Assembly (NCBI GenBank): GCA_036339735.1
Contig: JAYZAL010000079.1
Coordinates: 1-64,000, forward strand
DNA length: 64,000 bases
Reading direction: 5' to 3'
Source: Candidatus Poribacteria bacterium
GTDB taxonomy: Bacteria > Poribacteria > WGA-4E > UBA9662
Of this stretch, positions 30,344 to 40,095 are shown in pieces. A model generated the notes under the pieces. It did no database searches. It was not told the origin of the DNA and saw only the letters and a list, made by a program, of their open reading frames with translations. Each line of letters opens with the position of its first letter. Position 1 is the stretch's first letter. The translations under genes were made by a program, and so were the position numbers.

Positions 30344-31297
30344 ATGGGACAACGTATCTTCGATAAACTTTCATCCCCCGACAAATTGTACCAAGATCCA
30401 ATTCTAGTTTTTGCCGCTGACCCCCTAGCTTCGGGCGGTATTCATGGTTTGGGTCAAGTCACCGTTCCTAAACCTCATTACCGTACACACCCAGAGTTTT
30501 TACAACTCCAGAGAGATTTAGTCAGAGATGGGACGATCGATGGCTTATTAATGACACCCGCCGATGCTGAAATTTTAGCTCTTGAGGAGGGGATGTTCCA
30601 TGACAGTGACGTAACCCCCATCGTTCGTATGAACTCAGAAACAGCAATATGGAACCCTCGTTATGGGGATTATCGAACACAGCACTCTTACCCTTTTCAG
30701 ACTGTTTTCCCTGATGATATGAAATCTTATTGTGAATCCTTAGTTTCTCCAGCCTTAGATTGTTCGATACAGTTAGGTTTGTATTCTATGACACTCAACA
30801 ACGATGTACAAGCTGACCGACGAATGTTAGAATCGTATATTCAGTTTGCTCATACTGTGGGGGATATTCCTGGTTTCGACCACATTCTTGAAGTGTTTCT
30901 TCCTAACGTTAATTTGGTTGGATTCGATGATGAGAAGCGGGGCATGTACGTAGCTGATTCGATCATCCGAACCATGAGCTACTTGAGGAAACATCAAAGG
31001 CCTAGTTTTTTAAAGACGGCCTTTACAACAAACAAAGTCTGGAAGGAGTTTACCGACTTTGATCCATCAATAATTATTGGTGCTCTAGGGGGGCCTAGGC
31101 AAAATGCACGCTACACATTACAACTTGCAAATAACGTTGCTCGTAACGGTGGCCGAGCTATATTATTCGGCCGGGCTATTTTTCAAGAAGAGTCACCAAT
31201 AGCTATAGTATGCGCATTGAGAAAAGTTTTAAATAATCAGTTGTCGGTTGACGAAGCGTATGCTGATTACCAACGTTCACTGCGTTCGTCGGTATAA
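30344..31297 (+). CDS. Class I aldolase-like TIM barrel (DhnA-like)
   Basis: DGLLMT, LEVF.PN, FLK (Schiff-base Lys candidate), ALGG, GGRAILFGRAIF. Confidence 0.65.
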   Translation: MGQRIFDKLSSPDKLYQDPILVFAADPLASGGIHGLGQVTVPKPHYRTHPEFLQLQRDLVRDGTIDGLLMTPADAEILALEEGMFHDSDVTPIVRMNSETAIWNPRYGDYRTQHSYPFQTVFPDDMKSYCESLVSPALDCSIQLGLYSMTLNNDVQADRRMLESYIQFAHTVGDIPGFDHILEVFLPNVNLVGFDDEKRGMYVADSIIRTMSYLRKHQRPSFLKTAFTTNKVWKEFTDFDPSIIIGALGGPRQNARYTLQLANNVARNGGRAILFGRAIFQEESPIAIVCALRKVLNNQLSVDEAYADYQRSLRSSV

Positions 31298-31300
31298 CTT

Positions 31301-31900
31301 TTACCAGTTGAAACCAACTACGTAACTTATGCGCAACCCTTTTTGACTGTGTTCTGAAATCGTTCCATCTTCCTGTTTGTGCTTCAAGTCCGGTTCGAGA
31401 TTAGGTGTAAGTACTAGAGTTGTAGGAAAGTTAAAGTCTCCCGAGGAAATGGTATACCCCAAAGCAATGGATACAGATGGTGATATAGCTTGTTCAGGCT
31501 CATCTGTTTGCAAGTTAAAGATTATAGATGGCCCGACCGCCATTTCAAATCCGGACTGAGTTCTGACACCGGCCATAAAATTGAAAACGGGTATCAATAA
31601 ACCTTGTTCTAACCCAGCCACTAAGGGAGTTGCTTGGAACATAACACCAATAGACTGGTTATTATTGTCTTTAGAAGTCAACACTTTCTCGAATTGCCAG
31701 CCAAAAATGGTGGTAAATGGCGTATATTCTTTTCCATCAGGCCGGTCAGTAAATTTCGCTTTTACCATATCACCAGTATAAATATTAAACCCAAACCGAG
31801 GTCCATCACGTTCCATTGAAATTGGTTCTGACTGTTCCTCCGCTAAGGCTGGCACAGATATCAGTACGAATAACAAATTCAAATAAAGACATTTCCTCAT
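31301..31900 (-). CDS. Exported protein, probable small outer-membrane beta-barrel
   Basis: Signal peptide ALA-EE, GPRFG, FGWQFE, amphipathic strands, C-terminal VGFNW. Confidence 0.7.
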   Translation of the reverse strand: MRKCLYLNLLFVLISVPALAEEQSEPISMERDGPRFGFNIYTGDMVKAKFTDRPDGKEYTPFTTIFGWQFEKVLTSKDNNNQSIGVMFQATPLVAGLEQGLLIPVFNFMAGVRTQSGFEMAVGPSIIFNLQTDEPEQAISPSVSIALGYTISSGDFNFPTTLVLTPNLEPDLKHKQEDGTISEHSQKGLRISYVVGFNW

Positions 31901-31962
31901 ATTCGGTATCCTTTCTGTTCGGTAGTTGTTTTGTATTTGTTGTTGGCTACTGTTATCTCTGA

Positions 31963-31978
31963 AGCATTAGACATGCCA
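31963..31978 (-). promoter_or_regulatory. Sigma-54 (-24/-12) promoter
   Basis: TGGCATGTCTAATGCT, GG-N10-GC. Confidence 0.6.
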
Positions 31979-32043
31979 GATATAACAGTGGGTAATTTCT
32001 CTATGAGGATCGAGGAATATTATAATGGCCGGCGTTTTTCAAC

Positions 32044-32081
32044 TGTGACATTGGTGTTGCACATGAGACGATAATGTCACA
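32044..32081. promoter_or_regulatory. Tandem dyad, probable enhancer-binding protein site
   Basis: TGTGACA-N4-TGTTGCA and TGAGACG-N4-TGTCACA, 20 bp centre to centre; outer 9-bp perfect inverted repeat. Confidence 0.55.
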
Positions 32082-32100
32082 ATAAGATCTGTTATGATTT

Positions 32101-33312
32101 TCACTGACAATGCTTGGATATGCGAGTTATATCTGATGCGACCAAATGCGCTAATCGTATGAGGTCTTTTGAAGGCATTGATGCATCAAAAGGCAAGTAT
32201 AAGATTTTTGATAATACCAGTTGAGCTTCTGTCGGTGATTCATTCTTGTCTGCCTTAGGTAGAGCTATCAGACTGCTGCTTGCCAGAGTTGCGTCAAACC
32301 CATGCTCTTTTAAACGCAGCCGCGTCTGAAGAGGATTAGAAACACAGATTGGGAATATCCAAAATGTGTGTTCTTCAGCGTAACAACCTGGCCACCAAGC
32401 ATCATTTGGAAAATGACGAGTTAATTTATACCCAGAGGCCTGCCGACGTTCTACTGCCTCTGTTTTGTATCGAGATAAACGGCGATATAGTAGCGCTAAC
32501 TGAGCTGTAGACGGCTGGTATTGTAGTTGGCTTGAAAGATCTCCTGTTTGAAAAGACCGGGTTAGCGACATCACGATTTGATCTGGGTCGTGACGCAATA
32601 ACTCAAGAAATGTGAAAATTGCCCCATAAATGGAACTGTGATTGACTAATCTGAGAAAGCTATATTTGATTAAGCGTTGAAAAAAACTAAATGGTGTTAT
32701 TGTAGGATATTCCTTGATACGACGGCTCATAGCCTGGTTTAGTTCGACCTGACGAATAGTAAATATTGCTCCTCCTAGTGCTGTCGCTGTCTTAATTGCT
32801 CCGAAACTAAACATTGATACCGTTGCTGATGGATGACCTAGGTAACCATCGGCTAAGAATACTTGTGCGCAATCTTCGACCACAAAGAGATCGTGCTTCG
32901 CAGCAAAATTCACTACTTCTGTTAAATCCATACGACACCCAAAAACATGCGCAACTAAAATCATACGCGTTTTTTTTGTAAGTGATAATTCCAGATGTTC
33001 CGACTTGACTGTTAAGCTTCCCATATCTATATCAATTGGGATAGGCACCAACTGATGGGATTTTAGTAGATCAATCATTTGTGGAATAGTAATAGCGGAA
33101 ACTAAAACTTCACTACCTGCGGGTAAATTTAGAGAATCTAGCAACAGATTAAATCCTGTACGAACTGAGTAACATATGAGTGTGTCATTTGGCGACGACC
33201 ATTTAGACTGAAGCTTAGATTCCCATTCAGTTCGATTGGTTTGGTGCAGGCAACGAAGCAATCCATATAAAAGATCACTCGCTTTAATATCTAGGCATTT
33301 CCGAGGATACAT
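32101..33312 (-). CDS. DegT/DnrJ/EryC1/StrS-type PLP-dependent aminotransferase
   Basis: VAHVFG, VVEDCAQ, FSFGAIKTATALGG. Confidence 0.85.
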   Translation of the reverse strand: MYPRKCLDIKASDLLYGLLRCLHQTNRTEWESKLQSKWSSPNDTLICYSVRTGFNLLLDSLNLPAGSEVLVSAITIPQMIDLLKSHQLVPIPIDIDMGSLTVKSEHLELSLTKKTRMILVAHVFGCRMDLTEVVNFAAKHDLFVVEDCAQVFLADGYLGHPSATVSMFSFGAIKTATALGGAIFTIRQVELNQAMSRRIKEYPTITPFSFFQRLIKYSFLRLVNHSSIYGAIFTFLELLRHDPDQIVMSLTRSFQTGDLSSQLQYQPSTAQLALLYRRLSRYKTEAVERRQASGYKLTRHFPNDAWWPGCYAEEHTFWIFPICVSNPLQTRLRLKEHGFDATLASSSLIALPKADKNESPTEAQLVLSKILYLPFDASMPSKDLIRLAHLVASDITRISKHCQ

Positions 33313-33357
33313 AAAGCTATTTCCCTGTGATGATTATATTCTAATTACTAGATACTG

Positions 33358-33373
33358 AGCACACACTGTGCCA
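33358..33373 (-). promoter_or_regulatory. Sigma-54 (-24/-12) promoter candidate
   Basis: TGGCACAGTGTGTGCT, GG-N10-GC, about 46 bp before the ATG. Confidence 0.5.
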
Positions 33374-33510
33374 CTGAAGACCTGATGGCTTTTTATTTCA
33401 GTATTTACAATTTTGGAATTTCAGGTATAATCTAGAGAACCAGTCTAAACCCAGCGGTAGTAAGCCTCGCTAAAAAAATGTCCCCCAAATGAATAAAACG
33501 GAGCTTCAAA

Positions 33511-36036
33511 ATGTTGTCAAATACAAGACGTGATTTTCTAAAAACTGTTGAGCCTGGGCATCGGGGTATCGTTTGCCCAGCTTGTGGAACTGTAATGGGT
33601 ATCCGCAAGGGTAGTTATAGGATGGTATTGACACAAAACGCCCGTTTCGAGTTAAACGATGCCATCAGTGAGTACCGCTTGTTTCTGCAACGATTAGAAG
33701 ACAAATTAGAGCTTATCAACATCGAAGGTATTAATCGCCCACCAATTGATAAGTATCCTTACGAAAAAGAAAAACGAGATTTTCCTACGCTGAGTTATTC
33801 TGGTTTATACGAGGAAACAAAGTGGGAGCAAAGTTCCAAAGCCTTTGTTAGTGATATTGATTATCTTGGTTGGAATAGGTTGTATCAGGAATTCCCTCGT
33901 TATAGGGATTTTAGTGGTCGTAATCAAGATGAGTCTCGCAGTCTAGAAGAAACTTTTGCTACCATCAATAATACTATTATTGCTGGTTTCGAACCTATTT
34001 CTGCGGTTGGCCCTTTGATGGATATTGTATTTGAGCAAGGTTACGTTAAAGAATGGATGCGCCAATTTAGTTCGAATCAAGACGAAAATACACCAGAATT
34101 AAAAACGCTCAACAATTTGTTAAAAGAAGTCTGCCCGAGTCTGTTTGAATACTTAAGTTTTCTTAAGGAGAATGCTACGGTTAGTACGGAAAGTAAACGT
34201 CTTGTCGAAGGGGTTCTCAGATTTCAATTCTATTTAGCTATTTTGCTTGGTCACAATTCGAAAATTGTAAATCATCGGCAGATACTAGATAAACTTGGTG
34301 TAGATCAAGAGCCTTTTCAGTTGCCAAGATTAGTTGGCATCTCACCAGAGCTACTAGAAAATCTGGTCAAATCTGAATTATTGATCGGAAACTTAGGAAT
34401 CGAATGGCCGGAGGAATTCAAGGATTTAAGGCAAGATTTGATTAAACGCTCTGCACATGAAGCTTTCAATTTGGCTGTACAGGAGCTTGAGAACAACGCG
34501 ACAGACGGTATTGAAACTGTGAAAGAAGTGTTAAAAGACTATCTCAATTCCACTAATGGTGAAAATGGATCCAATCAGATCAATCGTGCAATTGATGTTT
34601 TAAAAGACCAGATCCATCGTGTTGTCGATTTCACTTGCCCTGGCCCACCCGGGGAGCGAGTTGAAATAAGTATAGATGATGTTACCACTGATGAAAGTAT
34701 CCGATTCTGTGGTTGGTCTCCTAAACAAGAAAAAACACACTCAGTCATTTTTATAGGTAGTCCTGGTACTGGAAAATCGACAGTCATGTTATCGGGATTC
34801 ACCTCTTTTTACAACAACATCGGCTCTTTGGGAGCTACTATTACCTTTGATTCACCTTCGGATGAAGCACAAATGAGAGCTTTATCAAGCGATTATTGGC
34901 GTGGTAAATTACCAGAAAAGACTGAGAAAGGGTTCCGTCGAAGTATTAAGTTTTCCCTCGACTTTTTCAACGACTATAGCCAACTTCCAATACGTTCTAA
35001 CTTCGTGTTTTCCGATATTCCAGGTGAAAAAGCAGCTGTTAGCTTAACAGAAAATGGCTCAGATCCTTTTGTCTCTCGCATCTTAAAGAATGCTGAAGCT
35101 ATCGTCTTTTTCTTTGATCTATCCGTCGAAGCCTCAATTCGCGAGAAGATAAAAGGTCTCGGGAACGTGAAAGAGAATTTTGATCAAATGGATTTATCGC
35201 GAGACGGGAAAGCTGACATCAGCCAACGCCAGTTACTACAAAAGTTAGTTAGCGACTTATTAGTCCTACGTGGTGGGCCAGAAAAACTTAAAGGCACGCA
35301 ATTTATTTGTGTAGTTCCAAAAGCAGATCTCTATATTGCTGAAACAAGTTCAACCGAAAAAGAACGATATTTTCTAACTGAATTGTGCCAAGATTTACAG
35401 AAAGAAGAATTACTTGTATCATCTCAATTTGCACTTGAAAGTGGCAATCAATCGTACAAAGGACTATGTTCACTCGGTGGGGCGGGCTTGGCTGATCCTG
35501 GTCAAGATCGCTTGCAACACCAACGAGATTTAGCTCGATTTGTCTCTGATAAATCGAGCCAATACCTAGAAAATATTGGTAATGCTATTGGCAGTTTGCC
35601 TGAACTAAAGCGACACCGCGATGCTTTAGCTGATCAATTCCGCAGCATGAAATTGATGTTGCAACATCATTTCGGTCAAGAGAATGTCTATTTTTTACCC
35701 GTTTCGGCACAGGGGGAAAACGTTATTCGATCGACCGAGGAGGAAAACAAAGACAGCGACCAATTTACCTTTTTAGATGAGTCTGACCAGTTGGGCAACT
35801 CAGACCCAAATGGTCATTCTAGCCATCAGGAACGAAATTCAACTGAATTAGGTTATCCTCCAAACCAAAAATTAGCTGAGTATGTTTTTGTCCTGCCTGT
35901 TACTCTCTTAGCTGACCATCAATCAGAAGTTTCTTTTGACAATCAAGAGGTGTTATCGGAATTAGAAGTCGGGGTTCCAAATGCTGAATATCAAGGTAAT
36001 GGAGAAGCAAATGCACCCGTTTCCTCATCGGAATAA
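33511..36036 (+). CDS. Large TRAFAC-class P-loop GTPase with an unknown N-terminal helical region
   Basis: G1 GSPGTGKS, G2 Thr, G3 DIPG, G4 PKAD, G5 VSA; N-terminal CPAC; TTTACA-16bp-TATAAT promoter and GGAG RBS. Confidence 0.75.
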   Translation: MLSNTRRDFLKTVEPGHRGIVCPACGTVMGIRKGSYRMVLTQNARFELNDAISEYRLFLQRLEDKLELINIEGINRPPIDKYPYEKEKRDFPTLSYSGLYEETKWEQSSKAFVSDIDYLGWNRLYQEFPRYRDFSGRNQDESRSLEETFATINNTIIAGFEPISAVGPLMDIVFEQGYVKEWMRQFSSNQDENTPELKTLNNLLKEVCPSLFEYLSFLKENATVSTESKRLVEGVLRFQFYLAILLGHNSKIVNHRQILDKLGVDQEPFQLPRLVGISPELLENLVKSELLIGNLGIEWPEEFKDLRQDLIKRSAHEAFNLAVQELENNATDGIETVKEVLKDYLNSTNGENGSNQINRAIDVLKDQIHRVVDFTCPGPPGERVEISIDDVTTDESIRFCGWSPKQEKTHSVIFIGSPGTGKSTVMLSGFTSFYNNIGSLGATITFDSPSDEAQMRALSSDYWRGKLPEKTEKGFRRSIKFSLDFFNDYSQLPIRSNFVFSDIPGEKAAVSLTENGSDPFVSRILKNAEAIVFFFDLSVEASIREKIKGLGNVKENFDQMDLSRDGKADISQRQLLQKLVSDLLVLRGGPEKLKGTQFICVVPKADLYIAETSSTEKERYFLTELCQDLQKEELLVSSQFALESGNQSYKGLCSLGGAGLADPGQDRLQHQRDLARFVSDKSSQYLENIGNAIGSLPELKRHRDALADQFRSMKLMLQHHFGQENVYFLPVSAQGENVIRSTEEENKDSDQFTFLDESDQLGNSDPNGHSSHQERNSTELGYPPNQKLAEYVFVLPVTLLADHQSEVSFDNQEVLSELEVGVPNAEYQGNGEANAPVSSSE

Positions 36037-36103
36037 CGACTTTGACTAAGTATTAATAAAATATACTTAAATTCAAATTTTGTTGGTAATTGGACTGAAC
36101 CTT

Positions 36104-38398
36104 CTAAAACGATGTACTCAAACTGGTTGTTAGGTTAAAACCAGGTGAACTGATACCAGACCCGTGCTGTCGGTAGCGACGGTTCAGTAAGTTCTCGATG
36201 TTCATATTAAGTCTTACTAGTTGCCCCAGTTTGACTCCGCCTCTCAAGTTCAACGTATACCAACCAGGGGTACCAGCATCAAGAGCCAAGCCGTTTTCAT
36301 CGAACTCTACCAATTTTGGGTCGCGAGTTTTGCCTTGGATACGTGGGTCCCTAATGTCTCCTCGGCTTAATCTTCGTTGTTCCATCGCGCCTCTAACATA
36401 AAATTCGCACCAGTAAGGCTTTTTGGGGGCTTTCCACTGTAGGGCAATCATACCCATTGGTGGCGCTTCTCGTCTGATCCTTGCCGCCCAGAATTCTTCA
36501 GGATTCGGTGGTTCACCATTGTTTTTCAAAATACGCCCCCGAGTAATGGTTCCATGACCGTACATGGTCAGCCTCGAATTTAGAACTACAGTACCAGACA
36601 GCTCAATTCCCCTGATTTGAGTTTGGTCAATATTATCCTGAATAAAAATTTCAGTATCAGGATTTTCTAATTGGATATCTTTATAAAGCTTTGGTAAATC
36701 TTTACCATCGTAGGCTTCTTTAACTGGTACGCGAGAAATCAAGTCTCGGATTTCACTATGATATAACGTGGCAGCCCCAATAAAACGAGAAAAATTAGCT
36801 TTTAAACCGGCTTCTAATGTCCAACTACTTTCCGGATCTATATCTAGGCTTGGAGCGTCAATACCTTCGTTTGTAACCTCAACTACTGTCGTATCATTCA
36901 AGTTGGGGGACCGGAATGCGGTACCGAAATTTGCCACCCAGTTCAAATTTTCAGTTATGCTGAATACGACACCTGTATTTCCAGTTAGTGCCTGTCCTGA
37001 TTTTTGATAGAGACCAAAACTGGTATCTCTGGAACTAAGATCAGCTTGTAGGTCGTAATGAGTGAGCCGACCTCCTAACACCAGTTGCAAATCAGACCAA
37101 ACTTCAACTTCGCTCTGAGCAAATAGGTTTAAGTCGGAAGCCGAGGAATTATTGGGAAAGCGCCCCCAATCTGAGTCAACTTGTTCTATACGAGTAGCAA
37201 GATTTGTTTTTACTGTTCGGCTTGACAGTCGGTCCAAATAGAAATCTCCACCGAAAATGATTCGCTGTTGGGGTAAGCTGGTACTCACAGCTTGACCAGA
37301 TAAGCCAAAAGTTCCTACTTCATCAAATTGCTCTTTCTGTTCATTTAGGTTTGTCGCTTTAATTTGTTTTCGACCTTCTAACTGTTGTTGATAAGATAGG
37401 GTTACAGTAGCTTCGTCTATGAACTTAATTGGTTTTTTCGATTCATACGTAGCATAGAGTAGGTTTCTATTCTGTGGTGAAAATTGATATAACTCGTATT
37501 CTTTTGTCGATATTTTATCATAGCGGTTTAGTTCTGGCTGTCTCCATGTCTGATAACAGAATGAAATTTGTTGGTCTTTATTGATCTTATAGCCTAGTTT
37601 AGCCGTAGCATCAATACCTGACCAACCCAATGGTTCTTCATCTTTTTTAATCCATGAATTTTTGGGTAAAGGATCGGGTTTGTCACCAACAATTTCAAAT
37701 TTCCGATTGTTATAGTGCAAATTGTAGCCTGAACCTAGTTTTTGGTTCCCAAATCTCCGTACGGAACTCGTTACAAAAAAAGCTAAATCATTTGTGCCCC
37801 CATGGAGACCAAGCATTCCAACCCTTCCACTTTGAGCTGAAGTGAAACGGAGGTTTGCAAGTGGGACTAAACTAAATTTTTTATCATTTCTATAATTCAA
37901 TCGATGGGAATAGACACTGATTACTCCACCAATTGCTCCGCTACCATATAGCATAGAATTTGGGCCGCGTAATACTTCTATCCTATCCAGCCCGTGTGGC
38001 GCGATAGTAGAAAGATACTGATTCGGACCAGAGCGAAATGTCGAGTTATTTAAACGAACATTATCAATTTGAAGTAGTGTTTGGTAACCGGTAAGTCCGC
38101 GCAGAATAGGGGATCCTTGTCCTACTGTGGTTTGTTGGGCTAAGATGCCAACGGTTTCCGCCAAAATCTGAGGTGTTATTGTTGCGGTTATTCTTTCCAT
38201 TTGTGATTTTTCAATAACCGAAATAGAATTTGGTGTGCGAAATGTTTCTTTAGCAATCCGGTTAGCAGATACTGATATTTCTCCCATTTTAATGGCTTCA
38301 GCCTGAGAATCAGATTCCCCTTGACTTATCAAGTTAATTAATCCGCTTACTATGGAAAGGAACAGAAAGTAAAACCTACCCTGTATATATTGATTCAT
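36104..38398 (-). CDS. TonB-dependent receptor
   Basis: ISVSANR box, plug G.GSPILRG..RIEVLRGP.S.LYGSGAIGG, ENLLNRRY, terminal Phe. Confidence 0.95.
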   Translation of the reverse strand: MNQYIQGRFYFLFLSIVSGLINLISQGESDSQAEAIKMGEISVSANRIAKETFRTPNSISVIEKSQMERITATITPQILAETVGILAQQTTVGQGSPILRGLTGYQTLLQIDNVRLNNSTFRSGPNQYLSTIAPHGLDRIEVLRGPNSMLYGSGAIGGVISVYSHRLNYRNDKKFSLVPLANLRFTSAQSGRVGMLGLHGGTNDLAFFVTSSVRRFGNQKLGSGYNLHYNNRKFEIVGDKPDPLPKNSWIKKDEEPLGWSGIDATAKLGYKINKDQQISFCYQTWRQPELNRYDKISTKEYELYQFSPQNRNLLYATYESKKPIKFIDEATVTLSYQQQLEGRKQIKATNLNEQKEQFDEVGTFGLSGQAVSTSLPQQRIIFGGDFYLDRLSSRTVKTNLATRIEQVDSDWGRFPNNSSASDLNLFAQSEVEVWSDLQLVLGGRLTHYDLQADLSSRDTSFGLYQKSGQALTGNTGVVFSITENLNWVANFGTAFRSPNLNDTTVVEVTNEGIDAPSLDIDPESSWTLEAGLKANFSRFIGAATLYHSEIRDLISRVPVKEAYDGKDLPKLYKDIQLENPDTEIFIQDNIDQTQIRGIELSGTVVLNSRLTMYGHGTITRGRILKNNGEPPNPEEFWAARIRREAPPMGMIALQWKAPKKPYWCEFYVRGAMEQRRLSRGDIRDPRIQGKTRDPKLVEFDENGLALDAGTPGWYTLNLRGGVKLGQLVRLNMNIENLLNRRYRQHGSGISSPGFNLTTSLSTSF

Positions 38399-38442
38399 AA
38401 TTATAATTTTCTCTTGATAATTTTCAGCTAACTATATAGCGA

Positions 38443-38458
38443 GGCAATATACATGCCA
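38443..38458 (-). promoter_or_regulatory. Sigma-54 (-24/-12) promoter
   Basis: TGGCATGTATATTGCC, GG-N10-GC, about 45 bp before the ATG. Confidence 0.65.
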
Positions 38459-38680
38459 TTTTTTAGATCCTAAAACACCTATTTTCAGTACTGTTTTTTT
38501 TATGACTGTTTGACTAGCGATCAATCCGTTCAAATTCTGAACATTCCCTCTGGTAAGGACAGTTGACCCTTGGCTTAATCAGCAAGAGAATATAAACTTT
38601 GGGAGAATCATTTCGTCCAAAATCTTGTTGGTTTTTGAATTTTGACTAGTACCACAGTAGGGGTGGGAGTAGGTAAACAG

Positions 38681-40093
38681 ATGCGTAAAAGAGAATTAAT
38701 TGAAATGCAAATAGTCAATCAGCGGAATCTATTAGGATTGGCTGTTTTTGGACTGATGGTCATCTTTTTTCAAATTGATCGACATATTTGGGCTGAAAGC
38801 AGTATTGTTGTGGATCAATCTGAGTCCATGACTTTGGATAAATGTCTTGAGTTAGCACTTCAAAACTCTACCAGCATCAAAAATAGCCAAATCAATATTG
38901 CATTACAAAACTTGCGTATTAAAGATGCTCGTTCTAATTTTTACCCTAATTTTAGCCTAGGTGGTAACTATACTCTATCTGATCAACTCCGTAAAATCCA
39001 ACGCCAGAGGGAAAATTTAGATAAAGATACGTTTGTGTTGTTAGAGCGAGGAGAAAACTACAATTTTGGTTTGTCAGGACGTTATACAATTTGGGATTAT
39101 GGCCAGAGGGGCCTTAATCTTTTACGAGAAGAAGAATCATTAGAATCTCAGAAAAGCCGAAACGAACGCATTCGGCAAAATTTGATTTATGATGTTACCC
39201 AAGCCTTCTACAATGTACTAAAAGCGCAATCTTTGGTGGAAGTAGATAAAGAAGTCCTTCAAAGATCCAGAGATAATCGCCAAAGAGTTGAAGCTTTTGT
39301 TAAAGCTGGAATACAGATTGAAGCAGATGTAGCAGCGGCTCAAGTGAGAGAGGCCAATGATGAATTAAACTTGCTTAACAATCAAAATCAACTTGATATT
39401 GCTTTGGCGCGTCTACCTCGAGTGATGGGATTTGACCCTAGTGTTCGTATCAATATTACGAAAGTTGAGGAGGAACTGAATCAAGTCTCATTGCCAAGTA
39501 TTACGCTGGATAAAGCTATTGAAAAAGCCCTAAAAGATAGACCTGAATTTGCTGAAAATTCTGCTAGCCAAAAGAGATTGCGGTATTCGCTTAAACTCGC
39601 CCGAATTGACCGATTGCCAACAGTTGATGTGGAGTATTCACATAACATGGATTTAGATGCTTATTTTGATGACTTCTTTGATACTTATGAACACTTGGAA
39701 CATTTGAGGGATTGGCGTGCTGCTGCGACACTTAACTTTCCCTTATTTGACGCGGGTATTCGCAGGCGTCAAGTCGAGACTGCCGAATTACAGATTCAGC
39801 AGAACCAAGAAACGATCGAAGACTTGAAACGCAGCATTGCTCTCGAAACTCGTCAGTCATACCTTAACCTGACTAGAGCGGTAAAAGCGACAGAGATCGC
39901 TGAGAAACAAGTGACTAATGCCCGACTCAACTTGGATGTTACTAAAGGCCGATACGAACTTGAGCGTGCCTTTTTGCTAGAGTTGTTACAAGCACAAACC
40001 GATTATGCAAGTGCTTTAACTAATCAAGTTCGTTCTTTCTACGAATATAAAATCGCACGTACAGAACTACAGAGAGCTATGGGAGATTTATAA
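38681..40093 (+). CDS. TolC-family outer membrane efflux protein
   Basis: TLDKCLELALQNS, two OEP repeats, FPLFDAG, LELLQAQ..Y; start uncertain. Confidence 0.9.
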   Translation: MRKRELIEMQIVNQRNLLGLAVFGLMVIFFQIDRHIWAESSIVVDQSESMTLDKCLELALQNSTSIKNSQINIALQNLRIKDARSNFYPNFSLGGNYTLSDQLRKIQRQRENLDKDTFVLLERGENYNFGLSGRYTIWDYGQRGLNLLREEESLESQKSRNERIRQNLIYDVTQAFYNVLKAQSLVEVDKEVLQRSRDNRQRVEAFVKAGIQIEADVAAAQVREANDELNLLNNQNQLDIALARLPRVMGFDPSVRINITKVEEELNQVSLPSITLDKAIEKALKDRPEFAENSASQKRLRYSLKLARIDRLPTVDVEYSHNMDLDAYFDDFFDTYEHLEHLRDWRAAATLNFPLFDAGIRRRQVETAELQIQQNQETIEDLKRSIALETRQSYLNLTRAVKATEIAEKQVTNARLNLDVTKGRYELERAFLLELLQAQTDYASALTNQVRSFYEYKIARTELQRAMGDL

Positions 40094-40095
40094 AA

